DNA of 64,000 bases from Bacteroidia bacterium (lineage in GTDB: Bacteria; Bacteroidota; Bacteroidia; UKL13-3), in the NCBI GenBank assembly GCA_965279165.1, contig OZ257140.1:3029669-3093668 (forward strand), in the 5' to 3' direction. The notes below the pieces were generated by a model, which saw only the letters and a program-made list of their open reading frames with translations, made no database searches and was not told the DNA's origin. A program made the translations under genes and the position numbers. Shown one piece after another: positions 39,300-47,523 of this stretch. Positions within the stretch are counted from its first letter, which is position 1, and every line of letters begins with the position of its first letter.

Positions 39300-40709
39300 T
39301 CAGTTTTTGATTAATTTCCTGGATATCGTGCGGCCATTAAATGTACTTTGAAGTATATACATTCCAACATTTAATTTCGAGGTAGGAATCACAACATGGT
39401 TTAAATCAGCTTGTAAATTAGCATTACTCGAATGAATAATTTCACCCAATAAATTGGTAAAGTCAAACTGCATTTCCCCACTTTCTCTGGATTGAATTTG
39501 TAGGTTAACTTGGTTTGTAAATGGATTGGGAAATGCTTGCAAAGAAATTATTGGTTGGATATCTGTTCCATCAGAAAGATTATTTGCCGGTTTTAATACA
39601 AAAATCCCTTCGCTGATGTCGCTGGCAATGATATTTCCGGATTTTAAAAACGGCCAAACTCCCCAACAGCCATGAAAGCCATTGTACACACCGGCCGCAT
39701 TTTTGGGATAAGTATCGTAGTAACCTGCAACCGGTGGTATTTGGTTAGGCATAAAAGCACCGATGTCTTTTAAATCAAAAATATAGACGCCATCTTCATA
39801 TACTGAAATATAAGCAAATCGTCCATTCCAATATGCATTGTGTGGTGTAGCACCAATATGGGTATTAAAAACAGTGATGAAATTTGGGTTTCCTATATCA
39901 TGGATATCAAAAATTTTGATTCCTAATCCATTGGGTACTTCATCCGTAAACATGAGGTATTTGCCGGTACTATCCAACCAACTGCTATGGTTATAGCCAT
40001 TTTGCGCATAGGGTGGAGTTATCGAACCAATCAGGAGCTGGTTGTTCATATCCCTTAAATCAAAAATGAACAAACCGGGATAACCACAGGATAAATACAC
40101 GGTATCATTTTTAGCAAACATTTCGTGGGTGTATCCACAACCCAGACTCTTATCCAGTTCACCTAAATAGGCCGGTAATTCAGGGTTGCTGAGGTTGAAA
40201 ACTGCTAACGAGCGAATACCACCGGCTTTCATGGAGGAACCACAGAGGTAGAGCCTTTTCGAAGGAGCATCAATAAATAAGGTATGTGTATTTACAGTTA
40301 ACGAATCGCTGTCGTATACTTTATGGACCGAATCAGGTAGATATTGTAAATCAAAAATCTGTAACCCGCCTAATGGCGAACTCCTGTCGCTTACACAATA
40401 AACATAATGGTCGTACACTTCATAATCTCTGTTGATGGCATTGCGGGCATGGCCTTCTTCCACATCACATTTTAATATGATATTGGGATTGGTAATGTCG
40501 AAGAAATAAATCGAATCGTTGCTACCGGCGATGATATATTCTTTGTTTTTTATGGTGTCGTTCCAACCCATAATATCATTCCAAACTTGATCGCCATCGA
40601 TTACAGGCAAGTTAGGATCGTTCCAATGACTAAGTAAAGTTATATTTTCCTGCTGCCCTCTAGAGGTATGACAAAGTATTAATAACACACATATCAATAG
40701 GGTTCTCAT
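39300..40709 (-). CDS. Choice-of-anchor B-like (LVIVD-repeat) protein with T9SS CTD
   Basis: Signal peptide from MRTLLIC; 'WND.MG', 'YNHSSW', 'TDE', 'PHN', 'YYDTYP', 'GCWGVWPF..SG.I.ASD'; CTD 'AFPNPF...KLIKN'. Confidence 0.8.
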   Translation of the reverse strand: MRTLLICVLLILCHTSRGQQENITLLSHWNDPNLPVIDGDQVWNDIMGWNDTIKNKEYIIAGSNDSIYFFDITNPNIILKCDVEEGHARNAINRDYEVYDHYVYCVSDRSSPLGGLQIFDLQYLPDSVHKVYDSDSLTVNTHTLFIDAPSKRLYLCGSSMKAGGIRSLAVFNLSNPELPAYLGELDKSLGCGYTHEMFAKNDTVYLSCGYPGLFIFDLRDMNNQLLIGSITPPYAQNGYNHSSWLDSTGKYLMFTDEVPNGLGIKIFDIHDIGNPNFITVFNTHIGATPHNAYWNGRFAYISVYEDGVYIFDLKDIGAFMPNQIPPVAGYYDTYPKNAAGVYNGFHGCWGVWPFLKSGNIIASDISEGIFVLKPANNLSDGTDIQPIISLQAFPNPFTNQVNLQIQSRESGEMQFDFTNLLGEIIHSSNANLQADLNHVVIPTSKLNVGMYILQSTFNGRTISRKLIKN

Positions 40710-40726
40710 TACTTGCAAGATAACTT

Positions 40727-41800
40727 TTATGCGTGGATAGTTGTATCATCAGGTTGAAGTAATGATGCATCAACCAATTTACGAATAACAGATAGGAGCA
40801 AATCGGCATCGTTACTGTTCAACTTAATTTCAATAGGTATATAATAAACAGGCAGGTTTTCAAGTCGTTTTTCTGTTCTTAATTTTACAGCATCCTTTTC
40901 GGTGCAAACAATACTTTTGTTAGGTAATTCGATGGAATTAAAAAGACTAATAATTTTTTCAATATCCGTTTCGGAGTAGGCATGGTGGTCGCTATAACGA
41001 ATGGTGTGGTTTACAGAAAACGAATTGCCGAGATAATGGATCAATGGATCCGGATTCGCAATTCCGGTTACCAGCAAAAGATTGGTATGGTTTGATGGCA
41101 ATGGCAAGTTTTGATTAAACAGAGGAATTAACTTTCCATATTGTATGGAAGAAAATAATACAAACTGATTTTCGGTAGGTTTAATTTTATCGACGATTTC
41201 TCTTTTCGTTTTTTCATCTAAGGTATCCGGACATTTGGTAACAATTACCACCTTTGCCCGCTTATAACCTGAGCGAAACTCGCGTAATAACCCGGAAGGT
41301 AAGAGCCAATCGTTTGTGAATAAGTTATTGTAATCGGTAAGTAAGACATAAGCTCCTGCCTTTAAGGGAAGGTGTTGAAACCCATCATCCATTAAAATTA
41401 ATTCGGTTTCCGGCGCATCTGCAAGTAAGTCAGGAATACCAAGTACGCGATTTTCTGACACTCCAACCGGAATGGATGGAAATTTCCTGTAAATCTGAAA
41501 AGGCTCATCTCCAATGGTAGCAGGGGTTGCATGGATATCCGCTAAAACATAACCACTTGTTTTTCTTTTGTATCCGCGACTTAATACCGCAATTTTATAT
41601 TGGTTTTGTAGGTGTTGAATTAACCATTCAATATGTGGTGTTTTGCCTGTTCCACCGGCCGAAAGATTACCAATGCATACAATTGGTAAATCAAATTCGG
41701 TACGAGAGAAGATGCCAATCCGATACAATAAATTTCTAAAAAGTATGATGAAACCATACAAAATGGTGAACGGCAGAAGGAGTATACGAATGATGATCAC
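40727..41800 (-). CDS. lpxK: Tetraacyldisaccharide 4'-kinase
   Basis: 'GNLSAGGTGKTP', 'LSRGY.R', 'GDEP', 'DDGFQH', 'LLP.G.LRE', 'TEKDAVKL'. Confidence 0.95.
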   Translation of the reverse strand: MIIIRILLLPFTILYGFIILFRNLLYRIGIFSRTEFDLPIVCIGNLSAGGTGKTPHIEWLIQHLQNQYKIAVLSRGYKRKTSGYVLADIHATPATIGDEPFQIYRKFPSIPVGVSENRVLGIPDLLADAPETELILMDDGFQHLPLKAGAYVLLTDYNNLFTNDWLLPSGLLREFRSGYKRAKVVIVTKCPDTLDEKTKREIVDKIKPTENQFVLFSSIQYGKLIPLFNQNLPLPSNHTNLLLVTGIANPDPLIHYLGNSFSVNHTIRYSDHHAYSETDIEKIISLFNSIELPNKSIVCTEKDAVKLRTEKRLENLPVYYIPIEIKLNSNDADLLLSVIRKLVDASLLQPDDTTIHA

Positions 41801-41849
41801 GCTGCAATTTAAGCTTCTTTTGGGGTAAAACGAAAGGGAGAGGAAAGTG

Positions 41850-41912
41850 ATTGAAGCGTTAAGGTGTTGAAGTGTTAAAGTGTTGAAGTGTTAAGGTGTT
41901 GAAGTGTTGAAG
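41850..41912. repeat. Octamer tandem repeat (GTGTTGAA/GTGTTAAG)n
   Basis: About 7 degenerate units between efp and lpxK. Confidence 0.8.
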
Positions 41913-41996
41913 TTCGGTAATAGACTACCATTTCCAAAAATATTAAATTTAAATTCTTAAATCTTCAATCTCTTCTTCCTTTTAACTGCTTCCGTT

Positions 41997-42557
41997 TTAC
42001 TTCACCCTTTCCACATAAGCACCGGTTCTGGTATCAACCTTTACCTTGTCGCCTACATTTACAAACAGAGGAACATTTACTTCAGCACCATTATCTAAGG
42101 TAGCAGGTTTAAGTGTATTGGTGGCGGTATCTCCTTTAACGCCCGGTTCTGTATAAGTAATTTCAAGCACCACAAAAGTTGGCATTTCTGCTCCAATTGG
42201 ATCATCTCCTTCAAAAGAAACATTGATTATCATTTCTTCTTTTAAGAATCGGGCTGAATTACCAAACATGGTTTCTGAAATATAAATTTGGTCGAAGGTT
42301 TCCGGATCCATTAATACCAAGTTGGTGCCATCTTTGTATAAAAACTGCAGATCGCGAAAATCAACCCTTACTATTTCCACATCTTCTCCTGCACGGAAAC
42401 GATGTTCCATTTGTTTACCGGTTTTTACATTGCGTAAAACAACCTGATAAAATGCACGTAAATTTCCGGGTGTACGGTGCTGGTATTCCATCACCTGACA
42501 TAATTCATTGTTATATTTGATAAAACATCCTTTGAATAAATCTCCAGTATTTGCCAT
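41997..42557 (-). CDS. efp: Translation elongation factor P
   Basis: 'QFLY.DG', 'MD.ETF.Q', 'EPGVKGDTATN..KPA', 'VPLFV..GD.VKVDTRTG.Y.ER'; likely start MANTGDL at 42557. Confidence 0.95.
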   Translation of the reverse strand: MANTGDLFKGCFIKYNNELCQVMEYQHRTPGNLRAFYQVVLRNVKTGKQMEHRFRAGEDVEIVRVDFRDLQFLYKDGTNLVLMDPETFDQIYISETMFGNSARFLKEEMIINVSFEGDDPIGAEMPTFVVLEITYTEPGVKGDTATNTLKPATLDNGAEVNVPLFVNVGDKVKVDTRTGAYVERVK

Positions 42558-42682
42558 TCGGTTTAATTGATTAAGAGGCGCGAAAATGCAAAAGGTTGGG
42601 CACATTACCAAGTTAAGCAGGAAAATGGTCGGGTATTTTTCAATTCGCGTAGGTATTATGTAGATTGCATCAAAATTATTTT

Positions 42683-43933
42683 ATGGCACTTACAAATTAC
42701 CAATCCAAAGTTGCAGCGCGTTTAATGCGTTATGTTAAAGTCGATACCACGGCTGATCCGGCATCTGATACACAACCCAGCAGTTTAAAACAATTTGATT
42801 TGTTAAAAATGTTGGTGATTGAGTTGAAAGAAATTGGGATTAATGAAGTTGAATTGGATGAAAATGGGTATATTTATGCAACCATTCCAGCAACGTCACA
42901 AAAAGATATTCCAGTAATTTGTTTCTGTTCGCATGTGGATACAGCACCGGATTGCAGCGGAACAGGTGTCAGACCTATCCTTCATAAAAAATGGGATGGA
43001 TCGGATATCGTATTACCTGACGATAATTCAATCGTAATTACTACCACCAAACATCCATACTTAAAAGAGAAAATAGGGGATGATATCATTACTGCTTCCG
43101 GCACTACTTTGTTGGGAGCAGACGATAAGGCCGGTGTTTCCATCATCATGGATCTTGCCAATTATTTGATGCAACATCCCGAAATAAACCATGGAAAAAT
43201 TAAAATTTTATTTACTCCGGATGAAGAAATCGGCCGTGGAGTGGATAAAGTGAATATGCAAAAACTTGGGGCCGATTTCGGATATACGATGGATGGGGGC
43301 GAATGTGGCATGTTAGAAGGAGAGAATTTTTCAGCCGACGGATGCACCGTTACTTTTCATGGTATTAGTGCCCATCCGGGATATGCAAAAAACAAATTGG
43401 TGAATGCACAAAAGGTTGCCGCTCGATTCCTGGATTCTTTTCCTAAAGATCAATGGAGTCCGGAAACAACCGAAAAGTACGAGGGATTTGTGCACCCTGT
43501 TGGCATGTCGGGCGAACTCGAAAAAGCGATGGTAAAATTTATTATCCGCGATTTTGAAACCAATCAATTACAAGTACATGAAGCCCGGATTGAAGAATTG
43601 GCTAAGCAAGCTGTAGCAGCATTTCCTGGCTCATCTTATACCATGGAAGTAAAGGCCCAATACCGCAACATGAAAGAAATATTGGATAAAGAACCAAGGG
43701 TAATGGATTATGCTGAAGAAGCATATAAACGAGCTGGTTTAACTCCTGTCAAAACAAATATTAGAGGTGGAACCGATGGAGCTAGATTATCCTTTATGGG
43801 CTTGCCTTGTCCGAATTTATTTACCGGCGAAATGGCGATCCACAGCAAAATGGAATATGTTAGCGTTCAGGATATGGAAAAGGCGGTAGAGGTTTGTGTG
43901 GAATTGGTGAAGGTTTGGGAGGATCGCGCGTAG
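42683..43933 (+). CDS. pepT: Peptidase T (tripeptide aminopeptidase)
   Basis: 'SHVDT', 'LLGADDKAG', 'FTPDEEIG.G', 'HPGYAK', 'IRGGTDG..LS', 'PCPNLF.G'. Confidence 0.95.
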   Translation: MALTNYQSKVAARLMRYVKVDTTADPASDTQPSSLKQFDLLKMLVIELKEIGINEVELDENGYIYATIPATSQKDIPVICFCSHVDTAPDCSGTGVRPILHKKWDGSDIVLPDDNSIVITTTKHPYLKEKIGDDIITASGTTLLGADDKAGVSIIMDLANYLMQHPEINHGKIKILFTPDEEIGRGVDKVNMQKLGADFGYTMDGGECGMLEGENFSADGCTVTFHGISAHPGYAKNKLVNAQKVAARFLDSFPKDQWSPETTEKYEGFVHPVGMSGELEKAMVKFIIRDFETNQLQVHEARIEELAKQAVAAFPGSSYTMEVKAQYRNMKEILDKEPRVMDYAEEAYKRAGLTPVKTNIRGGTDGARLSFMGLPCPNLFTGEMAIHSKMEYVSVQDMEKAVEVCVELVKVWEDRA

Positions 43934-43977
43934 GGACAGGTCGCGCCGTAGGGACAGGTCGCGACCTGTCCCTACGG
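43929..43977. repeat. GTAG-type REP: perfect 32-bp palindrome (43946-43977) preceded by a half copy
   Basis: CCGTAGGGACAGGTCG|CGACCTGTCCCTACGG; half copy CGTAGGGACAGGTCGCG at 43929-43945. Confidence 0.9.
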
Positions 43978-44002
43978 TGAATGTTTGGGAGGAGAAGGGG
44001 TA

Positions 44003-44058
44003 GGGTCATTGGTCAGAAGTCATTGGTCAATAGTCATTGGTCAGAAGTCATTGGTCAT
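44003..44058. repeat. Heptamer tandem repeat (GTCATTG/GTCAGAA/GTCAATA)n
   Basis: Reverse complement resembles the CTGACCAATGAC module of the 38358-39231 array. Confidence 0.8.
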
Positions 44059-44062
44059 TTTA

Positions 44063-44160
44063 GTGCGACGCGGCCATATTTACTTCCCGAATGTAAAAAC
44101 TACGTCGTTCCTCCTTGTTTTTATCGCGCGGGATTGATTCGCCTTAAGGCTCATCAACAC
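44063..44160 (-). repeat. ~95-nt structured dispersed repeat, copy 2
   Basis: Reverse complement TGTTGATGAGCC-TTAA-GGCGAATCAATCCCGCGCGATAAAAACAAGGA...GTTTTTACATTCGGGAA matches 38210-38305. Confidence 0.85.
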
Positions 44161-44185
44161 TTACTCATTACATACTATCCGGATG

Positions 44186-44230
44186 TCTTCGACATCATTC
44201 GACAAGCTCATGATTTAGCTCAGACACCGG
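44186..44230. repeat. Nested TTCGAC..GCTCA-type REP-like hairpins
   Basis: GTCTTCGACA[TCATTCGACAAGCTCATGA]TTTAGCTCAGAC. Confidence 0.6.
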
Positions 44231-44321
44231 CATTCCGATTAAAATTAAGATTAAATTTCTAACTAGCCTTTATATTAGAGCATTGGTAAAAAACAGTCGA
44301 CATTTCTTGCGACGCGGCCAT

Positions 44322-44357
44322 ATTTACTAATTTACTCACTTACTAATTTACTCATTT
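44322..44357. repeat. Octamer tandem repeat (TTTACTAA/TTTACTCA)n
   Basis: Four degenerate units just past the stop of the DUF4294 gene. Confidence 0.7.
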
Positions 44358-44359
44358 CC

Positions 44360-44893
44360 CTATTCAAATCCTAATTGATGAATTACCTGCTCAATCTGCC
44401 AGTCTTCCACCGGATTGTATTCGTTTTTTAGATCTGCCGTAAACATTTTGGCCATGCCTTGCCAATAAATGGCAGTAAAATTTCCACGGTAGGTTTTTAG
44501 TAGGGTGTAGGTATCTTTTCCCGTTTCACGATGGATTAGTTTAATCAATAGCTTACCCTGAGAAATGGTGAGATTAACCAGGTCATCCATAAATTGTTCC
44601 TTAATACCTTCTTCGGTTCGTTTCAGGTATTCTTTTCGTGCTTTTTCGGTTGGAAGATTTTGAAGATTTTGTTCCAGTAATTGCATCCTGAATCCGGCCA
44701 TTTTAGCGTAAGGCAAAACCTTTTTTATATCCCTTATTAGCTTTTGGTAACGGGCTTCATAAGTAGGATCCTTTTGTGCTTCCTTAATGAAAGATGGAAT
44801 ATTATAGGTTAAGGTATCCTTTTTCTCTTGTGCCAAGGCGAATTGAACAAGTAGCAAACAGAAACCAATAAGTAAGCAGGAACGTAGCATCAA
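44360..44893 (-). CDS. DUF4294 family protein
   Basis: 'KV.PYAK', 'LT.SQGKLLIKLIHRETG..TY', 'WQ..A..F..DLK..Y.P'. Confidence 0.8.
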   Translation of the reverse strand: MMLRSCLLIGFCLLLVQFALAQEKKDTLTYNIPSFIKEAQKDPTYEARYQKLIRDIKKVLPYAKMAGFRMQLLEQNLQNLPTEKARKEYLKRTEEGIKEQFMDDLVNLTISQGKLLIKLIHRETGKDTYTLLKTYRGNFTAIYWQGMAKMFTADLKNEYNPVEDWQIEQVIHQLGFE

Positions 44894-46050
44894 CCGGTAG
44901 TTTTATTCTTGTTTTTCATCCATAACCAGGTTATCCAAATGATTCCACCAATAATCAATCCCGAAGAAATGAGTTCGGCCTGGGTGATATGGTTACCAAA
45001 AATGGTATAGGTCGTATTCACCCTAATTTTTTCGATGGAGAAACGTTCTAGTCCATTTAATACCAAATACAAGGCAAACAACATTCCGGGAATTTTTATT
45101 TTTTGTCGAACCGACCATAGAATAGCAAATAATCCAAACGACATCACCGATTCATAAAAGGGAGTTGGGAAAACCGGTTCAGGCAACATAAAACAATGCT
45201 GGCCTTCACAACCCGGAATTGGTATTCCTTCATTTATTACATTGTGAGGAAAGTTAAAAGACCACATCCAATCGGGTAAAAAAGCAATTAATTCAGGTTT
45301 AGGTGCAAGATTTACAATTCCCCAGTCGCCATCACCGCTTAACTGACAACCAATTCGTCCAACACCATACGCCAGCATCAAAGCCGGTGCCGTAGCATCT
45401 ACCATATGTTTGGCAGGAATACCATGTTTGCCGGTATAAATCAGAATGGCTATTGCGGCTACAATTAGTCCGCCGTAAAAAGTTAACCCACTAAAAGATA
45501 GCAATGCATCTATCGGATCTCTCATGAAATCATCCAGATTTTCGAGGTTATGAAAAATCTTGGCACCCAGTAAACCGGCAATAGCACCAATAAAAATAAC
45601 ATTCCACATTAACTCGTATGGATGAACCGATATTTCGGTAGTTACCGGTTGGTGTTTTGCTGCTTCCTTGTCCTCTTTCCTCTTCTGCGACCAAGCAATT
45701 CCGGCGCCGAGAATCAAACCAAACCAACTTCCATCAGTTGAAAGTATCATGTGTTGCGGCGACAAAACCAATTCGTCGTAATGCATGATCATATGCACCA
45801 ACTTAAATCCAACCAATCCACCAATGGCAATCTGAATCGCATAATCTGTGGTGGTAACGCGTTGATATTTGGTGATTTTTTGTTTAAACACATGGATTAA
45901 ACCATCTTTTTCTTTTCTTTTCAGTTCGGAAACAGAGGCATAATAGGCTGCCGCAAAAGCAATTGCCATCATAAATCCAAAGGTTTGTACCGGTAGTGGA
46001 ATATAATATCCAAATAAGTATTGTAAAAGGTCGGATAGGGTTGGAAACAT
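44890..46050 (-). CDS. lgt: Prolipoprotein diacylglyceryl transferase
   Basis: 'GAKIFH', 'GLTFYGG', 'GRIGC...GDGDWG', 'PTP.YE', 'RF.IE..R'. Confidence 0.92.
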   Translation of the reverse strand: MFPTLSDLLQYLFGYYIPLPVQTFGFMMAIAFAAAYYASVSELKRKEKDGLIHVFKQKITKYQRVTTTDYAIQIAIGGLVGFKLVHMIMHYDELVLSPQHMILSTDGSWFGLILGAGIAWSQKRKEDKEAAKHQPVTTEISVHPYELMWNVIFIGAIAGLLGAKIFHNLENLDDFMRDPIDALLSFSGLTFYGGLIVAAIAILIYTGKHGIPAKHMVDATAPALMLAYGVGRIGCQLSGDGDWGIVNLAPKPELIAFLPDWMWSFNFPHNVINEGIPIPGCEGQHCFMLPEPVFPTPFYESVMSFGLFAILWSVRQKIKIPGMLFALYLVLNGLERFSIEKIRVNTTYTIFGNHITQAELISSGLIIGGIIWITWLWMKNKNKTTG

Positions 46051-46303
46051 AAGGTTGATTGATTAACGCGAAGAAAGGGAAAATATTAGGAACATTTGTT
46101 TTTTCTATATGATTTGATGAGGTTGAAAAGTTTATATTTTTTCTTAAAAGTATATTTTTCTATGGTTATAAATTAATTTTTCCCTGATGGTAGAACTGAT
46201 TAATTAGGTAAGCATTAAGAGGATTGTGATTTTAATTACAAATTGGTGGTATTCGCTTTGATTTAGATAAATTTGTTGTGAATCAATGCTTGTATAAAGT
46301 AAC

Positions 46304-47494
46304 ATGACCAGAAAAATTGGAGTAATCGGAGGAGGAATAGTTGGCTTAGCAACAGCATATAAATTACAGCAAAGGGAACCTAATGCAAAAGTAATCTTGT
46401 TCGAAAAAGAAGCTTCTATTGGCAAACATCAGTCGGGTAGAAATAGTGGTGTTTTGCATTGCGGGTTATATTATCAGCCCGGTTCTTTAAAAGCAAAATT
46501 AGCTGTTTCGGGAATCCAGCAGATGACTGCTTTTTGCCGGGAAAATGCAATACCACACGATATCTGTGGAAAGGTTGTAGTCGCTTCTAATGAGAGAGAA
46601 CTGAAGTTTTTGGAGGACCTTGCTGACAGGGGGCAAAAGAACGGATTGGCTGATTTGAAATATTTAAGTGAATCAGAATTAAAGACAAGAGAACCTCATG
46701 TTGCAGCAAAAAAGGCATTGTTGGTTCCTGAGGAAGGGATTGTAGATTATAAGGCGGTTATGCAAAAGCTGGCAGACAAAATTCTTGCCAACAATGGAGA
46801 AATTATTTTATCATCGAATATCAATTCAACAAAGGATCTTGATAATTCTGTAGTGATTTCTGATGGCAAAACGGAATGGGAATTTGATGTTATTTTTAAT
46901 TGTGCAGGATTATTTTCGGATCGTAATTATCAAAATTTCACCGGTCATAAAAGACCATTGCGTATTGTGCCATTTAGGGGTGAGTATTTAATGTTAAAAC
47001 CTGAGTACAATAAAATGGTTAATCATTTGATTTATCCGGTTCCGGATCCGGAATATCCTTTTTTAGGAGTACATTTTACCAGAATGATTAATGGCGCCAG
47101 AGAAGTTGGACCGAATGCAGTTTTTGCCTTAAAAAGAGAAGGGTATAAGAATACCGATATATCCATAAAAGATGCATTGGATTCGCTTACATATATTGGT
47201 TTTATTAATTTCATAAGAAAGAATTTTATATTCTCTATGAATGAATTCGGAAGTTCCTTGTTTACAGAGTTGTTCCTAAAGAAAGCCAAAAAGTTGATTC
47301 CGGATATTAACGCCACTATGTTTGTTAAAGGAACTGCCGGTGTTCGGGCACAAGCAATGGATGCAAGCGGTAAGTTGTTGATGGATTTCAATATCATTCG
47401 GGAGAAAAATCAAATACATGTGTTAAATGCCCCATCTCCTGGTGCCACTGCGTCATTGGCAATTGCAGATTATATTTTAAATGAATACCTTTAG
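46304..47494 (+). CDS. lhgO: L-2-hydroxyglutarate oxidase family FAD enzyme
   Basis: 'GGGIVGLA', 'HQSGRNSGV.H.G.YY.PGSLKA', 'PFRGEY', 'YPVPDP..PFLGVH.T', 'NAPSP.AT.SL.I'. Confidence 0.9.
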   Translation: MTRKIGVIGGGIVGLATAYKLQQREPNAKVILFEKEASIGKHQSGRNSGVLHCGLYYQPGSLKAKLAVSGIQQMTAFCRENAIPHDICGKVVVASNERELKFLEDLADRGQKNGLADLKYLSESELKTREPHVAAKKALLVPEEGIVDYKAVMQKLADKILANNGEIILSSNINSTKDLDNSVVISDGKTEWEFDVIFNCAGLFSDRNYQNFTGHKRPLRIVPFRGEYLMLKPEYNKMVNHLIYPVPDPEYPFLGVHFTRMINGAREVGPNAVFALKREGYKNTDISIKDALDSLTYIGFINFIRKNFIFSMNEFGSSLFTELFLKKAKKLIPDINATMFVKGTAGVRAQAMDASGKLLMDFNIIREKNQIHVLNAPSPGATASLAIADYILNEYL

Positions 47495-47523
47495 TGAAAT
47501 TAAATAAATTAGTTCTCTAAGAA

